Shown here piece by piece: positions 12,437 to 24,609 of a stretch of DNA of 62,000 nucleotides (position 1 is the first letter of the stretch; each line of letters begins with the position of its first letter). The position numbers were made by a program, and so were the translations under genes. The notes beneath the pieces are model-generated. The model had not been told where the DNA came from. It made no database searches and saw only the letters and a list, made by a program, of their open reading frames with translations. This DNA is from Wallemia ichthyophaga EXF-994 (Eukaryota > Fungi > Basidiomycota). The DNA is taken from positions 206,001 through 268,000 of the forward strand of contig NW_008806285.1 of NCBI RefSeq assembly GCF_000400465.1. The letters run 5' to 3'.

Positions 12437-14432
12437 ATCTCAATAGTAATTATTAATTTAAAAGTGTGAGTTATTGCGATATTTCTGAAGTAAATCACCG
12501 ACAATGTTCAAGGTTTCCTCGCCAATAATACCTAATAATGGCTTACTTTTAATTATAATAAATGTCTCATCAATTTCAAGAATCGATGGATCACTAGCAA
12601 AGTTAGGATGTGACTAATCATCAGCCAAAGTCAAGCAAGTGTGCCCAATAATTCAAAGGGAATATGAGCACACCCGAAGCTGTTCTTGACCAGATGAGCT
12701 CCTATTAGAATTCCGGCGCATGATATACTACGGTTCATTCACATCAGTTAATCTTTCGAACACGATTGATACCACTAGAAACGCTAAATTTTACGACAGC
12801 ACATATGGAAACGGATTGCCATTTTCTTCATCGAGACAATTCATCAAAAAGGGTAAAATCAATCACAGACCGGCTAAGAACAACAAATTTATGACGTAGA
12901 AACTATAAAACAAGTTCCAAAGTGAAATGTTTCGCTGTTTCACGATATGACCAACCCAAATTGAGTGTCGATGCGTTGGTCTATTAAATCATGCTTGCAT
13001 AAAAAACAAAAAAGTTCTACCAAACAGATGAGAAGCAAATAAAACATGCAAACGTGCTTATCAGGGCAAAAAAAAACATTGCACCGTGCCGACTGCCAAA
13101 GTCCCAGGCGAAAAATGGAATTGGAAATGGTCAAAACATGCGTCAGTTGAAACAGGGTGATAGATCTCCATGCATTAATAAATATTAGATAATGAAAATA
13201 TGAACAATGAGACAAAAACACAAACGGACACAAAAAAAGCCATGGAATGAAACTGTTCAACTTCTTCCATTTTGTTAAGTACATAAAAATCTGTAATGAT
13301 ATGCAACAAAATGTCCCCCGTTTGAAATCAATTGAAAACAACGAAGACCTAAGAAAGTAATGTTATAGAATGACCAAGAACGTATCAGCTACTTTGCGGT
13401 TATATAAGTTGAAGATACTGTTACAGGAGGGCAACGTCAATTCTTTGTAAGCCGATTAAAGACGATGGCATCCTTATACTTGATTTAAACTTTTCTAAAA
13501 ATCAAGCTGGTTGGTATATTTTTCTTTTGAAAGTCTTGGAGTAAATATTGTCAAGTAGCAATAATCACTGAAATATTAATAATATACAAATTAATGTAAA
13601 AAAGTTTGGCACTAAAACAAGTTAATTCAAGGACAAAAAAACATCACTTTCCATTTAAGTAATTGCGTTAGCTGCGATAACATAGCATTACAGTTAAACT
13701 TAAATTGTTCATTTTTAAATATTAATCGAGAGTCCGAACTTTTCTCCTTTTCACGTAGTGGCTTTTTGAAAAACGTTTTCCAACGAAGGAAAAGTAGGTC
13801 TCGAAGAATTATTCATCATTGAGAGCAATTTTGCTAATTGTCAAGCTCAACAGTTAGAGTATTTGGTTTATGTTCATCTTTTATGTCAAAAGAGATTTGC
13901 TAACTCGGATGTAAAAACAAATTGAAGTTTAGCAAAATAATGAATAAATCTTAATTTATGGCAAAATTAACGCTCAAAAAAAGAACATTTCTTCCACCTA
14001 CTTCGGCAGTGAAAGTAAATTTATAATAAATATTTATGAAATCATGCCAATACTGTCATTACATATATTTGCATATTTTTGCATAGCGAATTTCTAGATT
14101 CTTATGAACCAGGTTCTGAGTAGCTTTAAAGAGAGACAAAATTCCAAAATTTACCCCTATTGAAGTTTCTTTGCCTTTCTTCAAGGTCGCGTAGATATTA
14201 AGGTTTTCTTTTAATTTGGTACATGATTATTTACAGGCAATTTGCTATCCCTCCTTGACAAAAAAAAAAAAATTGTATTCAGACAATGAATGGGTAACGA
14301 AGTCCGCTACAACATAGCGATGTTCTCATTTATTTTGGACAACCTAGATGTGGTGTCATTATCCCATTATTATAACTTTAAAATCGTCTAGTTACTTCGT
14401 CAAAGCAGACATCACTTTACAAACTTTACAAG
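12203..14432. other. Unique AT-rich central core between the inverted repeats; candidate centromere core
   Basis: No credible gene; hand-counted lines at 13561 and 13921 are 18% and 22% GC; A-tracts including A13 at 14260-14272. Centromere function is inference. Confidence 0.6.
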
Positions 14433-16317
14433 TTAAAAACTCATATCAAGCAGCCCTTGAAAAAGTTAGGGTCAGATGTCAACTATAAGGGTTAGTCTAG
14501 TGGTCGGCTTGGCAAAATGAGAAAACATGCCTCTTTCTGCAAAGCTCTAAATATTACAGTGATAATGACTATTGCGACTACCTTGGGTTAGCTAGCTAGT
14601 TAATTTTTTAATTTTTCTGGATTTTAATAGACGTAGGGCTCTTGCCGCCAAAGCGGTCAATAATTCTTCTTAATGAATTGAGCTCTAAGTAGCAATTCTA
14701 CTTGCTTCTACAGCTACCTATAGCGAGTATATATCTTGTTTTCCTATTTATCCTATCGTCATCCTGCTAATCGCAATGAGGAAGCTTTTCAGGGAGAAAA
14801 GATGAAGTTATTGTGGGGCTCGAACGCAGTGAAACTGTTATGAGATATTAATAAATGTGATTTTGTTATGATTGCAAAACTTTTTTACGCACTTGTTAAA
14901 CTCTGATGAAACTTACTCCCTTCTGCCGGCATCAACTCAGTGGTTATCATACACCAGCGACGTTCTGGGAATTGATCAGTCAATGTGATCCTTGCAAATA
15001 AACTTGAAAGACATACAATCATGGCTCTTTTCTATAGTTTGGCACCACTACCACTTTACGATCATGAACAAGCATCAGCCAAGCCAAAGCGCTTAGCTTA
15101 GGAAACATTATATACTAGATAAGGTTAGCCGGAAGCAGTACGCATAGTGATTAGTATAGATACATATTCCCTTAACATATCCTAGTGTTCGAATTATGGC
15201 ATCATGATTAGTAGATTCAGCGGGAGGTGAAATTTCCATCCTAAATATCGCAAAATGACTCCTGAATTTTATGAAGTCTTGTTTCAATTGCTCTTCATTC
15301 AATAATTTTATTTGCCCCTAATCGCACCCTATTACGATGGGCAGTGCGAGGTCGACGACATCTAGAATACGACCCCCATCCTTTTCTAGAATGAAGAGAA
15401 GATAGCATTGAAGCAAGCTTAGACCCCGCAAGACAAGTAAGAAGTTTAATAAGCTGCGAGGAAGAGGAGAAGAAAGCAAAGCATGTACCTCGTTCATGCA
15501 CGCGGTGATTTCCCTTAGTCCTGTCAGCCGGTGAAACACCTGGCCAGTTTCGCTTGAGATCCTCGAGCACTGGCGCAAGACCACCCCATCTTGGGAAGTG
15601 TACCTCCGCCAGATATGCCAAATGCCTCAACCGTGGGCGTGCAAGGTCCTTCATTCTTGAGGTAGACCCTCACTTAGGCTCGATTAGTTCCGTCATTTAC
15701 GAACAATAATTTAGTCACTTTTCTTTCCATCAGCCTTCAGCCTTTCGAAATTTTTCCACAAAGTGTATATCTGTATTGTTTATCATTCTTTTCTCAGCCG
15801 TTGTTCCTAACAAAAGTATTTCGTTTTCTCTATGAATATTACTCGGTTAGAATTCTTTACAACCTTCTTCCATTATGTTGGTTTAGACTGCTGGGTTGTG
15901 GAATGAATGGTTTGTTCAACGAGCGAACAATCAAATAGAAAGAAGTGTAATCAGCGAAGACCAATAATATGTAAATTTTATATTTATTCTGAACAAAGGC
16001 GTGATCAGAATAAATATGAATAGTCATGGATTTCATTCGGCGGTTTAAATCCTAGAAGAGCGATATTAAGGACGTATGGTAGGTGATGTGGCTAGAGTTA
16101 GCGTGTCAAGAATCTAACAGCAAGTTAAATGTCTTTCACCGTGCTTTAAAAGCGTTAATGCGTCTAATGATATATTTTTAACTCTTGCCCATGTTTTGTG
16201 TAACATACAATTCATCAACTATAGATAAATCACTGTCAAGATATATTCGAGCCTCAATAATTTGCTGAGTTTGCTAATCAATTTTTTTACGCATCCATTC
16301 TGATTGTAATTTTGGAC
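14433..16317 (-). repeat. Right arm of the long inverted repeat (1885 bp)
   Basis: Reverse complement of 10318-12202; ORFs 15108-15302, 15295-15654 and 15318-15584 are identical to 11333-11527, 10981-11340 and 11051-11317. Confidence 0.97.
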
Positions 16318-16506
16318 TGAGCGGAGGCAAATACTAACACAAAGGATAGCCGAATAACCCGATGAGAATGACAACATACTACAGTGCACTTCAAATTCTA
16401 ATTCATAGTAGCCATTTAATTCTTTTCGTGTGAATTTAAAAATAATGGATTGCACGCAATTCTATATGAAATGTACAATGAATCTCGCGGAATGGGTATT
16501 TAATAA

Positions 16507-18946
16507 TTAGTTGTTGTAGTTTAGGCTTGCGGAACTTAGCCTACGCAAAGATGTTCTGGTTGAATTGTTAAATTGATCTTGTTCTTTAGTATGGTCATAA
16601 GACGGAATATTTGCATTTGCAAATTCATATGTAGTTGTAGCAGCGCTTGGACTTGACGTATTAGCAAATGGTGTAATGGTCCCGCTAGTATTTGACATAG
16701 AGCCCCGCTTATATGACATCTTCTTTGAGGGAGTGATACCAAAGCGAGATTTTACACTACAGATTGAAGGTGATCGTGAGACTGAGGGATCACTAGACGA
16801 TTCGGTTTTAGGCAAATCACTGTTAATTAGAGAGTTTCTTTGCGAATTTGAAGACTTATTATCAATCAAATCATTTTCTTCGAGTTGTGTTGAATGAGAA
16901 TAGAGGGACATTCTTTCAGTATTGCTTGCAATTGTTTGAGACTCGTGTGACTGATTCAACTTGGCTTGTTCATGACATAGCTGTGTCGATTTAAAGTGAT
17001 CTTTCAAATCATTCCAAGGTAAGTTATTTTCTTTGAGAACAGTTTCAGTATTCTTATTATAAAGTGATTTTGATTGAGAATCGACAGCATTTAGTCTATT
17101 CTTCAAAGTCATAAAGGCTGATGACTGAGGTAATATCATCAAAAGACCATATAAGCACTTGAAAAGGAATGGATTTTGATCTGGTTCAAGTAATTGTAGT
17201 CTTAAACCAATGAAAACTGGGGATTCAATTAATTGAACAAGTTTGTCAACTTGAACGAGTAAATCGACATTGACGTGTAAATCCGAAATGATGTATAATA
17301 ATTCACTGGCGTGTTGATAGTTCTGAGAGAGCAAACATAGAGTAAAAACTGAGATTGGATTATGTGACCAAGACTTGTAAATTTTGCAAAATAATGATTT
17401 ATCTTGATCAGTTTCGATGTTTTTCAAAGATTTACGTAAGTCTGATAGTTCGGGTGCAGTAATCAAAACAATAGTTAGCTTTTGTATCAAGAAACTAACA
17501 AAATCGAAATCATCTTCAGATTGAATAATATCGGCCAAGGCTTGATAGATCTTAGAAGAGCCCAAACTTAAAGATAGTTGGCGAATAATCAAAGAACCGC
17601 GAAGATCTAAAAATCCACGGTCTGTAGAGAATAATTGAATCAAATTTTTCATGAACGCTATAAAGTAACTGAAATCAGAAACTTTGGAAATTTGAGCTAA
17701 AAGACGAAGGTTCCTTTTAATGACGTGCTCTGACGGATCGGAAAGAGTTTTGAGTAAAGCAGGAAAGGTGGCATCATCCAAACTGAAGATCTAGAAGACA
17801 GATTATTATAAAAGGCCAAAGGAAGAAGATACTAACCTCTTGGGGAGATATAGACTGTAACATCAACATCCAATCTAAAGCAGCAACTCTGGTTTGAACG
17901 TTATCATTCAACAGTTGCAAAGTTAGATTTGATAAAGTTAGCTGATAATCAAAGTTTTCAATAGAATGTAATGAACCTTTAATGATATTGAATAATTTGG
18001 AATTCAACTGATCAACTAAATGCTGGGTGTGAGGATTGTGATGAGAAAGGTATGGTAAGATTGTTGGAATCAATCTGGGAGTAAGAGGAATTAGAAGAGA
18101 AGGAGCAGAATCGAACAAAGAAGATAACCAATGAATTGCAGAGAATTGAATGACTTCATCTTGAGAGTTTAAATGATTAAACAGAGTTTCAGCGAGTTCA
18201 AAGTAATTGGGTTGAGATTGATTTGATTGAATATTAGATAAAAAGTTATTTAATAACGATTGAGTGGCCGATCTAACGTCAGGACTCGAATCAGACAGAT
18301 AACGCAATAAAGCGTCAAGAATCTTGGGTAGATGGGATATCAAATCGTTGCTGTTGATAGAATCGAATAAGGAAATCCAAGAAAGTAAAAACATTCTGGT
18401 GAAAGGAGAAACGACGTAAATTCTTTTCGATAGTAGTTGAATAAAGTGATTCAAATTGAATTGAGAATAAGACTCGGTGACTATGTCTTTTATTAGTCTA
18501 TCTAATAACTCACTACCATTCTTGACAGAGAGTTCAGAATCGGAGGAGAGTTTATTAAGACAATCGAATATTTGATCAAAGTGAGGCAAAAGATTAGATC
18601 TGGAAACTTTTGCGATGTTGTACATGGATTCGCAAGTGAAGTATCTAATTCTAGGATCAATATCGTTGAAGCAGGAGAGTATAGGTTTAATAATGATGTC
18701 TAGATAATGAATTAGTTGATCATCTAAAGCAACAGCGGCAGCTGCTAAACCAATTAAGCCACCATTCTTGATATTTGAATGATTCTCTTTATTAAATGAG
18801 GAAGCTAGCTGATCAATAATTAGTTTTATTTTATTTGTTTCATTCTTAAATAAAAATTCTTTCAACTGCTTTTCCAATTCCAACGCAGCAGATTTCCTCC
18901 TTTCATACTTTTGGTCATATAAGCTTCTTGATAAGTGATGGTCCAT
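16507..18946 (-). CDS. VAC14: Vac14, scaffold of the Fab1/PIKfyve complex (HEAT repeats + Fab1-binding domain)
   Basis: MDHHLSRSLYDQKYERRKSAALELEK N-terminus, GGLIGLAAAA, RIRYFTCESMYNIAKV, SWSHNPISVFTLCLL, LIESPVFIGLRLQLLEP, CLYGLLMILPQSSAFMTLKNRL; one intron near 17782-17829. Confidence 0.95.
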
Positions 18947-19452
18947 TTCAAACAAGTCAATAAATCTTATAGACCGAATAACTATGTGAGCGATTTTGGA
19001 TGGATGAAGTATGAGTTTATAATTGTAATAGGAAGTTTCAGATGGATTACGTAGAGCAAGATTACCTTTCTTAACGAGGAATTTGGTAACGGCGTTCACA
19101 ATATTGTCGTTTACAGGGGGAGTGTATTATTATTCAATAGCGGCAGTTAAACAAGATGATTTTAGTGTGAGTATGGAGTTGTTAGAGGGTGTAGATAGTG
19201 GTACTGATGCTTTCAAAGGACGTTAAACCATTGATGATTAATAATCATGATTCGAATAAGAATACATCGATAGATGATAGCAACAGGAATAACAATAGTA
19301 ATGTCAATCAAGATATCGGTATCCTCAATAGAATACTAGGATACAACGGCTATAAAACATCAAGCAGTTTATTAGTAACTGATGCACCAAATTTAAATAA
19401 TTTAGGTAAAATGTAAAATTATCCATGAATACAAGCTCATATCAATTCAACG

Positions 19453-20358
19453 ATGAACCAAAACGATTTTAGACAGTTAATCAGTCAGAGTAATCAGTCT
19501 AAAAAGCATGAAAATCTGAAAAATCTAAACAAGAATGATAAAAAGAGATTGTCCAATCTATCCACCTTATCTAATGATATTCAACTACTCGCTCAATCAA
19601 AAGGCTTAAATTTAGATGAAATCAATAAACAAAAGCTCAATAAATCTAAAGAAGTTGATGAGCATGTTCAATCAGAATTAGACTCCGTGATCAGTAACAT
19701 AAAACCTCCTACTAATCAACAACATCATTCAAATAAAAGATCTCGTAATGACATACTAGCCGAATTAAAGCGATCTAAACTTGATCATCAGTTTGATGAT
19801 TCTGCTTCAACCCAACATACCTATAAGCCTCCTTCTCCCGATGCCTTGAACTCTGATGATGACATTTTCAACGATACCAACGATAAGTATCAGCCACCCA
19901 TTTTATCTGATAGCGATAGCAATAGTGATAGCGGTAGCCATAACAATATCGATACTACTTCGAAAGACATTCAATCACCATTTTCACAACCGCAATCACC
20001 ACAAATCTCACAATCACCTCTACGGAAAAACTCCCTCTCCCCCTCTCCATCCCCTGAACTAGACATCTCTGGTAGATTAGTCGGCTTAACTTCAACTGCA
20101 CTACCCAACGTCGCCCAACGCATTCAATCTGATAAAGACGCTGAAATAGCTGATCAACGTAAACAACGTAAACAAATTTGGCTAGCTAAGCAAGGCATCA
20201 AGAAGGACACTGGTGACAACCCTGAACCTCCACCCCAAAAGACTCAAACTGACTCTCAAAAGTTAAATTCAGACTATCAAAGGTATGTTATAGTCTTGAC
20301 ATTCAATCAATTAATAAGGTTACATTCACAGAATCAACGCTTATATACAAAAAAATAA
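19453..20358 (+). CDS. RED/IK-like low-complexity nuclear protein
   Basis: Starts MNQNDFRQLI (resembles the RED_N start NxDFRKLL) and ends QKLNSDYQR; Ser/Asp-rich middle; terminal intron from GTATGT at ~20283 (stop at 20358 or 20365 depending on the acceptor). Confidence 0.5.
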   Translation: MNQNDFRQLISQSNQSKKHENLKNLNKNDKKRLSNLSTLSNDIQLLAQSKGLNLDEINKQKLNKSKEVDEHVQSELDSVISNIKPPTNQQHHSNKRSRNDILAELKRSKLDHQFDDSASTQHTYKPPSPDALNSDDDIFNDTNDKYQPPILSDSDSNSDSGSHNNIDTTSKDIQSPFSQPQSPQISQSPLRKNSLSPSPSPELDISGRLVGLTSTALPNVAQRIQSDKDAEIADQRKQRKQIWLAKQGIKKDTGDNPEPPPQKTQTDSQKLNSDYQRYVIVLTFNQLIRLHSQNQRLYTKK

Positions 20359-20408
20359 AAAATAAATAAACCCTACTATACAATCCTTTCCTTCATCTAC
20401 CAGTATCT

Positions 20409-23367
20409 TTACGCATTTGACATTTCGACTGGTACTGTTTCATAACCATTCTTTTGTAACTTTAATGGTCTAGTTGTAATCAGATCCCATATCTTATTTA
20501 AACGACCTGTAAAATCATTCTTCATCTTGTTTGTGATCCTCTCTCCTTCTTCGAATCTTGGCTTCCTCCACAGCTTCAACGTTAGGCTGTTTACGACAAC
20601 TGAAACTGACGAACACGCCATCGCCAACCCTGCCATCATCGGATGTAAATGAATATTCCAAGGCAAGAACATTCCCATAGCTAATGGTATAAAAATTGTG
20701 TTATACCCACAAGCCCACAAGAAGTTCATCTTTATCTTCTTCATTATCGCTTTTGATAACTTGATTGAGTTATAAACATCCTTGATTTCTCCTTGCCTCA
20801 TCAATACTATATCTGCTGCTTCAATTGCAATAGATGATCCAGAAGCCAAAGCTATTCCCACGGATGCTGCAGCAAGTGCAGGTGAATCATTTATTCCATC
20901 TCCCACCTGTACCTATATTAGTTTTTTTAAACAGTAAAATTTCAACTGACCATTGCTACACCTCCATCATTATCATCAATCATTGTAATCACCCTTTCTC
21001 GCTTTCCTTTCGGACTAACACCTGCAAATACTCTATTTTTTGCTATAAAAGCTTTTTCTGCTATTGACAAAGCGGTGTTCATTTGATCACCAGTCATCAG
21101 GTAGCTTTCGATTGAGATATTCGATAACGACCTAATTGTTTCTCTAACATTTGACTTAATTTCATCGCCAAGTGCGATTACCACTATTGGTTCTGATTGA
21201 ATAGTCACATATACTATTGTAAAGCCTTTTTCTGAATTTATATTCCTAAACTGTTCCAGGTCCTTTGGCTCTTTTATTCCTTTATGCAGTATTGTTTGAT
21301 TACCAATTTCGACTTGCAAATCAATTGAAGACTTATCGGATAATAACAAGGATACTTCTGATTCAACACCTTTACCTGTATGTGATAACCAGCTCTTGAT
21401 TGAATAGACATCGTCATTATTATTATCAACGATAACTTTATTGTTGAAATGATTCATAATTGCTTGACCCAGTGGGTGCTCACTCTTTGATTCCACAATC
21501 GATATAATCTTCATCACTTGCTCTTTTTTGAAACCTAATGAATGATAACCACCTCTGAATGCATCATCATTCCATGCAACAGAAGTAACGTTAATGTTCC
21601 CTTCAGTTATTGTACCAGTCTTATCCCAAACTATTCTTCTAATTTTGCTGGCTTGCTCTAATGCTTGACCACCTTTTATCAAAATTCCATTCTGAGCACC
21701 AACACCTGTACCAACCATTACAGCAGTTGGTGTTGATAATCCTAAAGCGCATGGACATGCGACAACAATAACTGAAATGCAAAGTTTCAAACAAACTGCA
21801 AATCTACTAACACCAATTTGATTGAATATGTGAGGTAAAGAGGATTTTGGTATAATCAAATAAGAAAGTATCATCCAGACCGAGAATGTTAATAATCCAA
21901 GTAAAATAACCGTTGGCACAAAGTAGCCAGCAATTCTATCGGCAAATGCTTGAATAGGGGCTTTAGAAGTTTGAGCATCTTCAACCAACTTTACTATTTG
22001 CGATAATGCCGTATCTGTACCTGATCTTGTAACACAAACATCAATAGATCCATTTATGTTCATTGTACCACCGGTAACAACATCCCCTTTTGATTTGGGT
22101 ACCGGTATGGGTTCACCTGTAATCATACTTTCATCAATTAATGAAGTACCTTTACAAACACAACCGTCTGCAGGTAATCTCTCTCCAGGTACCAACTTAA
22201 CTATGTCACCCTTTTGTAACAATTCCGTTGGTATCTTTTTTTCGTCGAAATGTACTTGATCTTGGTTTGATTCATCATAATTTGTGTAAATAACAGCTGA
22301 ACTTGGAGCCAATTGTAATAAATCTGATAAAGCTGTACTAGTTTTACCCTTTGCTAGATTCTCCAAGTATCTACCAAGCGTGACAAACGTAATCAACATT
22401 GTTGATGTATCAAAAAACGTTTGAGGTATTACGCTATCACTAGACCAAGTGAAAACGCTTGATACCATAACACCTGCACTATAAACAAAAGCAGCTGTTG
22501 TACCAAAAACAACTAAAACGTCCATTGTGGCTGATTTGTGAAGTAAACTTTTATAAGCCGGCTTATAGAAGAGTTTACCGATTCCAAATTGAACTGGAAT
22601 TGTTAAGACTAGACAGATAAGATCACCAATTGTCAATCCACGCCATAAGTTGAAGATAACAAAAGGTTTAACTGAAGGTATCATTGGTAAAAGCATTCCA
22701 ATTAGGAAGACGGGTATAGCGAATGTGGAGGAATACTTCAGAGCGTCTTTCCATTGATTAACTTCCTTGATTCTAGATAAGGATTTTAATTGACTATCAT
22801 TCCTGTCATCACGGATCATTGAATCGAAACCCGCATCCTGGATGGCTTCAACGATATCTCTAACGCCAATTTGATCAGCATTATAATGAACTCTAGCGAA
22901 TTCCATTGGTAATGAAATATCTGACGAGATAACGCCATCTAAATTTGATAAAGCTGATTGTATTGATGAAGTGCACGAAGAGCACGTCATGCCATAAATG
23001 GAGATATCAATAACGGACTTTGAGTTTAAATTAGTCAAAGCTGTTGCTTCAAATCCCATTTCTCCTATTTCCTTTTATAATTTTGTCAAATTGTCTATAA
23101 ATAGGTATTACAACTCACGTTAGCGAGCTTTTCAGGATCCCAGTAATCTTTGATATAATTTATAGTTGCCTTTTCTGATAACAGCGCGACTTGAATGGAT
23201 TCAACCCCTTGTAATTTCCCTATATAACTCTCGATACTCTGTAACGTAAGGAAGTCAGCGTAAAGAGAAACAATGAATAATATTAGATGACAAACCTGTA
23301 CACAAGAGCTACATGTCATGCCTTCTACTTTAAGCGTGCAATTCTCGATTGCTGTACTTTCCATCAT
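20409..23367 (-). CDS. CCC2: Copper-transporting P1B-type ATPase
   Basis: Two GMTCSSC HMA motifs, TGEP, CPCALGL, DKTGT, SEHPLG, GDGINDSPALA. Confidence 0.97.
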
Positions 23368-23442
23368 GAAAGTTGCGTTGTACGTCCAAAGCTATTAATC
23401 AAATGCGATAAAATCCGTGATACAAATAAAATAAATTATCAA

Positions 23443-24519
23443 TTACTCTAATTCCTTCATAGACCTTGTAGCAGTACCGCGCTTTAATGGTTTCAATTGA
23501 TCATCAGAGCGCTTCCAACCAATGACATTTATAATCTGGAATGTGGCGGGTATAGTTCCATCTTGGTTGCCATGTAATGATTTGTAGATCTCTGAAGCTG
23601 CTATTAGAGTATCCCTTGAAATATGCGTTCTTCTTCCATTTATTGCGTTTGATTCACCCATGAACTTGAGATCCTCCATCAATTCGAACATTGAAGGATA
23701 ATTAATGATGAGATCATCAATATCAATAGTCAGTAATGTAAATCCAGCTCTGTTCATTAAATTGCCGACATCTGTCGTATCTGTCATTGGTGAAACATGA
23801 GGACCGAAGCCACCCCAGCGTTCTTGTTCAGCTAGTTGTAATGAAGTGCGTAATTCAAATAACGTATCACCACCAAATAAGCATCCCAAGAAAGGGCTAT
23901 CTGGTTTTAATGCGCGATTAAATTGAATCAAAGCACCAGGTAAATCGTTAACCCAGTGTAAACCCAAAGATGAAACGATAATATCAGTTGAATTGGGATT
24001 GAATATGTTATCAAATGAAGGGTTCTCTTCATCAATTTGAATCCTATTTGGTATCTCTAATCACGATTAGCTGAATATCAGCCATTTATGAAATTCAAGC
24101 TTACTAGCAAAGTATACATCGCTATCTTGATCTCTTAAAACAGCTTTAACTGTTCAAATTGTGAGAATAACTCAATGAATTAAAAGTAACTAACCTGACG
24201 AATCAGCGATGTTTATATCATCAGCCAATTCCTCTTCATCTAAAACTCTTGCAGCCTGATTGGATCCACTGCCAATACAAATAGCTTTAGTGTATCTCCT
24301 CTTTATATCAAGAAGCCTGTCCCTAAAGCTCTCTCCAACCTCATTCTTTATATAATCTACTGTCCTTGAATCTTGTAGGTTACTGGCTGCTACTTCCTTT
24401 TGCCACGTCTTTGTACTTCTATCAAAGACATTAAAAACTGAAGGCGTAGGCTTTTGAATTGAATTTAAATTTGAATGAGTTGCAAATCCTCTGAGATTCT
24501 TTATATTTCTCAATATCAT
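23443..24519 (-). CDS. NDUFAF5: Mitochondrial SAM-dependent methyltransferase, NDUFAF5-like
   Basis: VFNVFDRSTKTWQKE, LHWVNDLPG, FGGDTLFELRTSLQLAEQERWGG, YPSMFELMEDLKFMGESNA, IPATFQII. Confidence 0.9.
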
Positions 24520-24609
24520 GATAAATGCACTGGTTAAAGAGGTGAAATGTAAATTTATTTTCAAAATTCAACAATATACGGATATCATTGGATATCATAA
24601 CGCTGTAAT

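Noticed and set aside
12563-12577. Minus-strand ILEIDETF resembling the Merlin/IS1595 EIDE motif
   Set aside because: Five-residue match in a short stop-bounded frame with none of the downstream family motifs
12940-13341. 133-aa minus-strand ORF in the core
   Set aside because: Non-ATG start; the Phe/Leu/Cys-rich composition is explained by the A-rich opposite strand; no domain features
14466-14495. Telomere-like TTAGGG and TAAGGGTTAG near the inner arm ends (mirror at 12140-12169)
   Set aside because: Only one perfect hexamer and not tandem; insufficient to argue for a telomere-fusion relic
10318-16317. The block as an autonomous DNA transposon or foldback element
   Set aside because: No target-site duplication at the outer ends, no intact transposase in the core, and arms far longer than typical TIRs; not fully excluded without a genome-wide copy search
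10318-16317. The block is exactly 6000 bp long
   Set aside because: A round number has no biological meaning, and the junctions look natural (the array continues across one of them); at most a prompt to verify the assembly with raw reads
10318-16317. Mating-type locus
   Set aside because: No homeodomain, pheromone-precursor (CAAX), STE3 or HMG coding sequence recognisable in the arms, core or flanks
19198-19416. Asn-rich 72-aa ORF between VAC14 and the RED-like gene
   Set aside because: Non-ATG start and low complexity, in an AT-rich divergent promoter; likely spurious
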